Positions 62,751 through 64,000 of a stretch of DNA of 64,000 bases are shown in pieces (the stretch's first letter is position 1; each line of letters opens with the position of its first letter). The translations under genes and the position numbers were made by a program. The stretch comes from Podarcis gaigeae (taxonomy: Eukaryota). The stretch is from NCBI GenBank assembly GCA_964106915.2, contig OZ066914.1. One strand, 5' to 3'. A model generated the notes under the pieces. The model searched no databases and was not told where the DNA came from. It saw only the letters and a program-made list of their open reading frames with translations.

Positions 62751-64000
62751 ATCCACAAGTAAGTTTCTCTATCCTCTTTGGATCCAGCATTTTTGTGGGG
62801 GTGTCTTCTTCCATATGTTTTAGACTTTTTTGCTTGCCTAGCCCGAGTCTGCCATTCAACACAGACTGGGAATATTGCCATGGTTCTGCCTTGCTCCATG
62901 CCCTTTGGGTTGTCTGGCTTTGCTGGCAGCTTTCACACCCATCTTGTGTTTACAAGCAGAAGCACACTCAGCTTGTTCTCACGCCTATTTTCTTTCTGCT
63001 GTACCTTTGGAAATTTCCCAAAGTCTGTCCTGATTTGTCTATTTAGAACTAATCTGTATGAAACCTTATTATCTCTTCAAGAGCTGCTTCCTGTGGAGTG
63101 CAATTTCAGTTCAGATATATTTTTAATCTCCCCTTATTTCTCCTAATTAATAGTGGAAACAGAATCCCTCTATGTGGCATCAGGTGGGTGAGCACATTTA
63201 GTTTCCTTGTGGCTGCAATCCTGTATTCACTTACCTGAGAGTAGGCATCATGTAAACCAGTGGGATTTACCTCAAAGTAGACATGTGGTAGGTTTGCACT
63301 GTAAGAATCTATATTTACAGTGGAATCTTGGGCATGTATGCTTGAAAGGGTCCCACAGAATTCAATGAGGCTCTCTCTTTAGAAAGTGGAAATATCCCTG
63401 TGTGAATAATGTGCTTAGTTCTTTATCTGACATTTCAAAATAGCCTGGAGTTGGCAGGTTGTTGCCATGGGTCTCTGTACAGCCCTCGCTCTGTAATTGC
63501 TTCAGCTGCTGTTTACAATCAAGATGATTTTGTCTCAGATTTAAGGAGTGTTTGATGTTGGAAACAAGTGAAATGAATCTTACAGGATTTTTTTCTGTCA
63601 GAACAGTTGGCATCTAAAAAACAATGTCCAAAAAACATATTTGTAATGAACTCTGTATGTAAAATTTACAAGGTTAATCTGATTGCATAGTTTTTTTTAA
63701 GGGTAGTGCAGTGCTGGAGATTTATGAGGCAGTAGACATAGTGGCTGGCTACACATGACTCTCTTAACCTTTGTGTTGCTTCAGGAATAGCATTGATACA
63801 TTTCCTGCCTGGGCTGCTGCAGTTCTTCAGGAGCAGCCTAATGGATTTCTATCACTATGCCTCAGTTAGGGATGCAAAGCACTGAGTATAGTTGCTGGGA
63901 AACAGAAATCTTCATTCCAGAAAGTGTGACGATCATGCATGTTGGGGATGGCAGTTAAGTTTGTATCAGTAGTGCCTACTGAATGTGTCAGGGCTTGGTA

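Overview
AT-rich vertebrate non-coding DNA, very probably from a lacertid lizard (three Sauria/POM-type SINEs, a Bov-B tail and squamate-type MITEs). I could not identify an intact host gene. The window is dominated by mobile elements. (1) An internally deleted DIRS/Ngaro-type tyrosine-recombinase retroelement at the left edge. (2) A young but defective class I endogenous retrovirus (10476-15895, minus) with 372-bp LTRs differing at one base, an ATGT TSD, a tRNA-Lys1,2 PBS, gag-UAG-pro-RT, a large pol/env deletion and an ERV3/HERV-R-like env remnant, nested in a hAT MITE. (3) A near-complete Mag-like Ty3/Gypsy element (55509-60449, minus) with a GATTT TSD and a tRNA-Ser PBS. (4) Four solo or partial LTRs. 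(5) SINEs, LINE fragments, hAT and Tc1/mariner MITEs, and microsatellites. The most unusual signal is two unrelated solo LTRs (50095-50694 and 61095-61501), each carrying a stop-free 100-117-codon acidic-then-basic ORF that starts at base 2 of the LTR; one contains the HMGN-like motif RRSARL. Also notable in the ERV are three overlapping late domains (PSAPPPYPRL) in Gag and two mutually exclusive hairpins after the gag amber codon.
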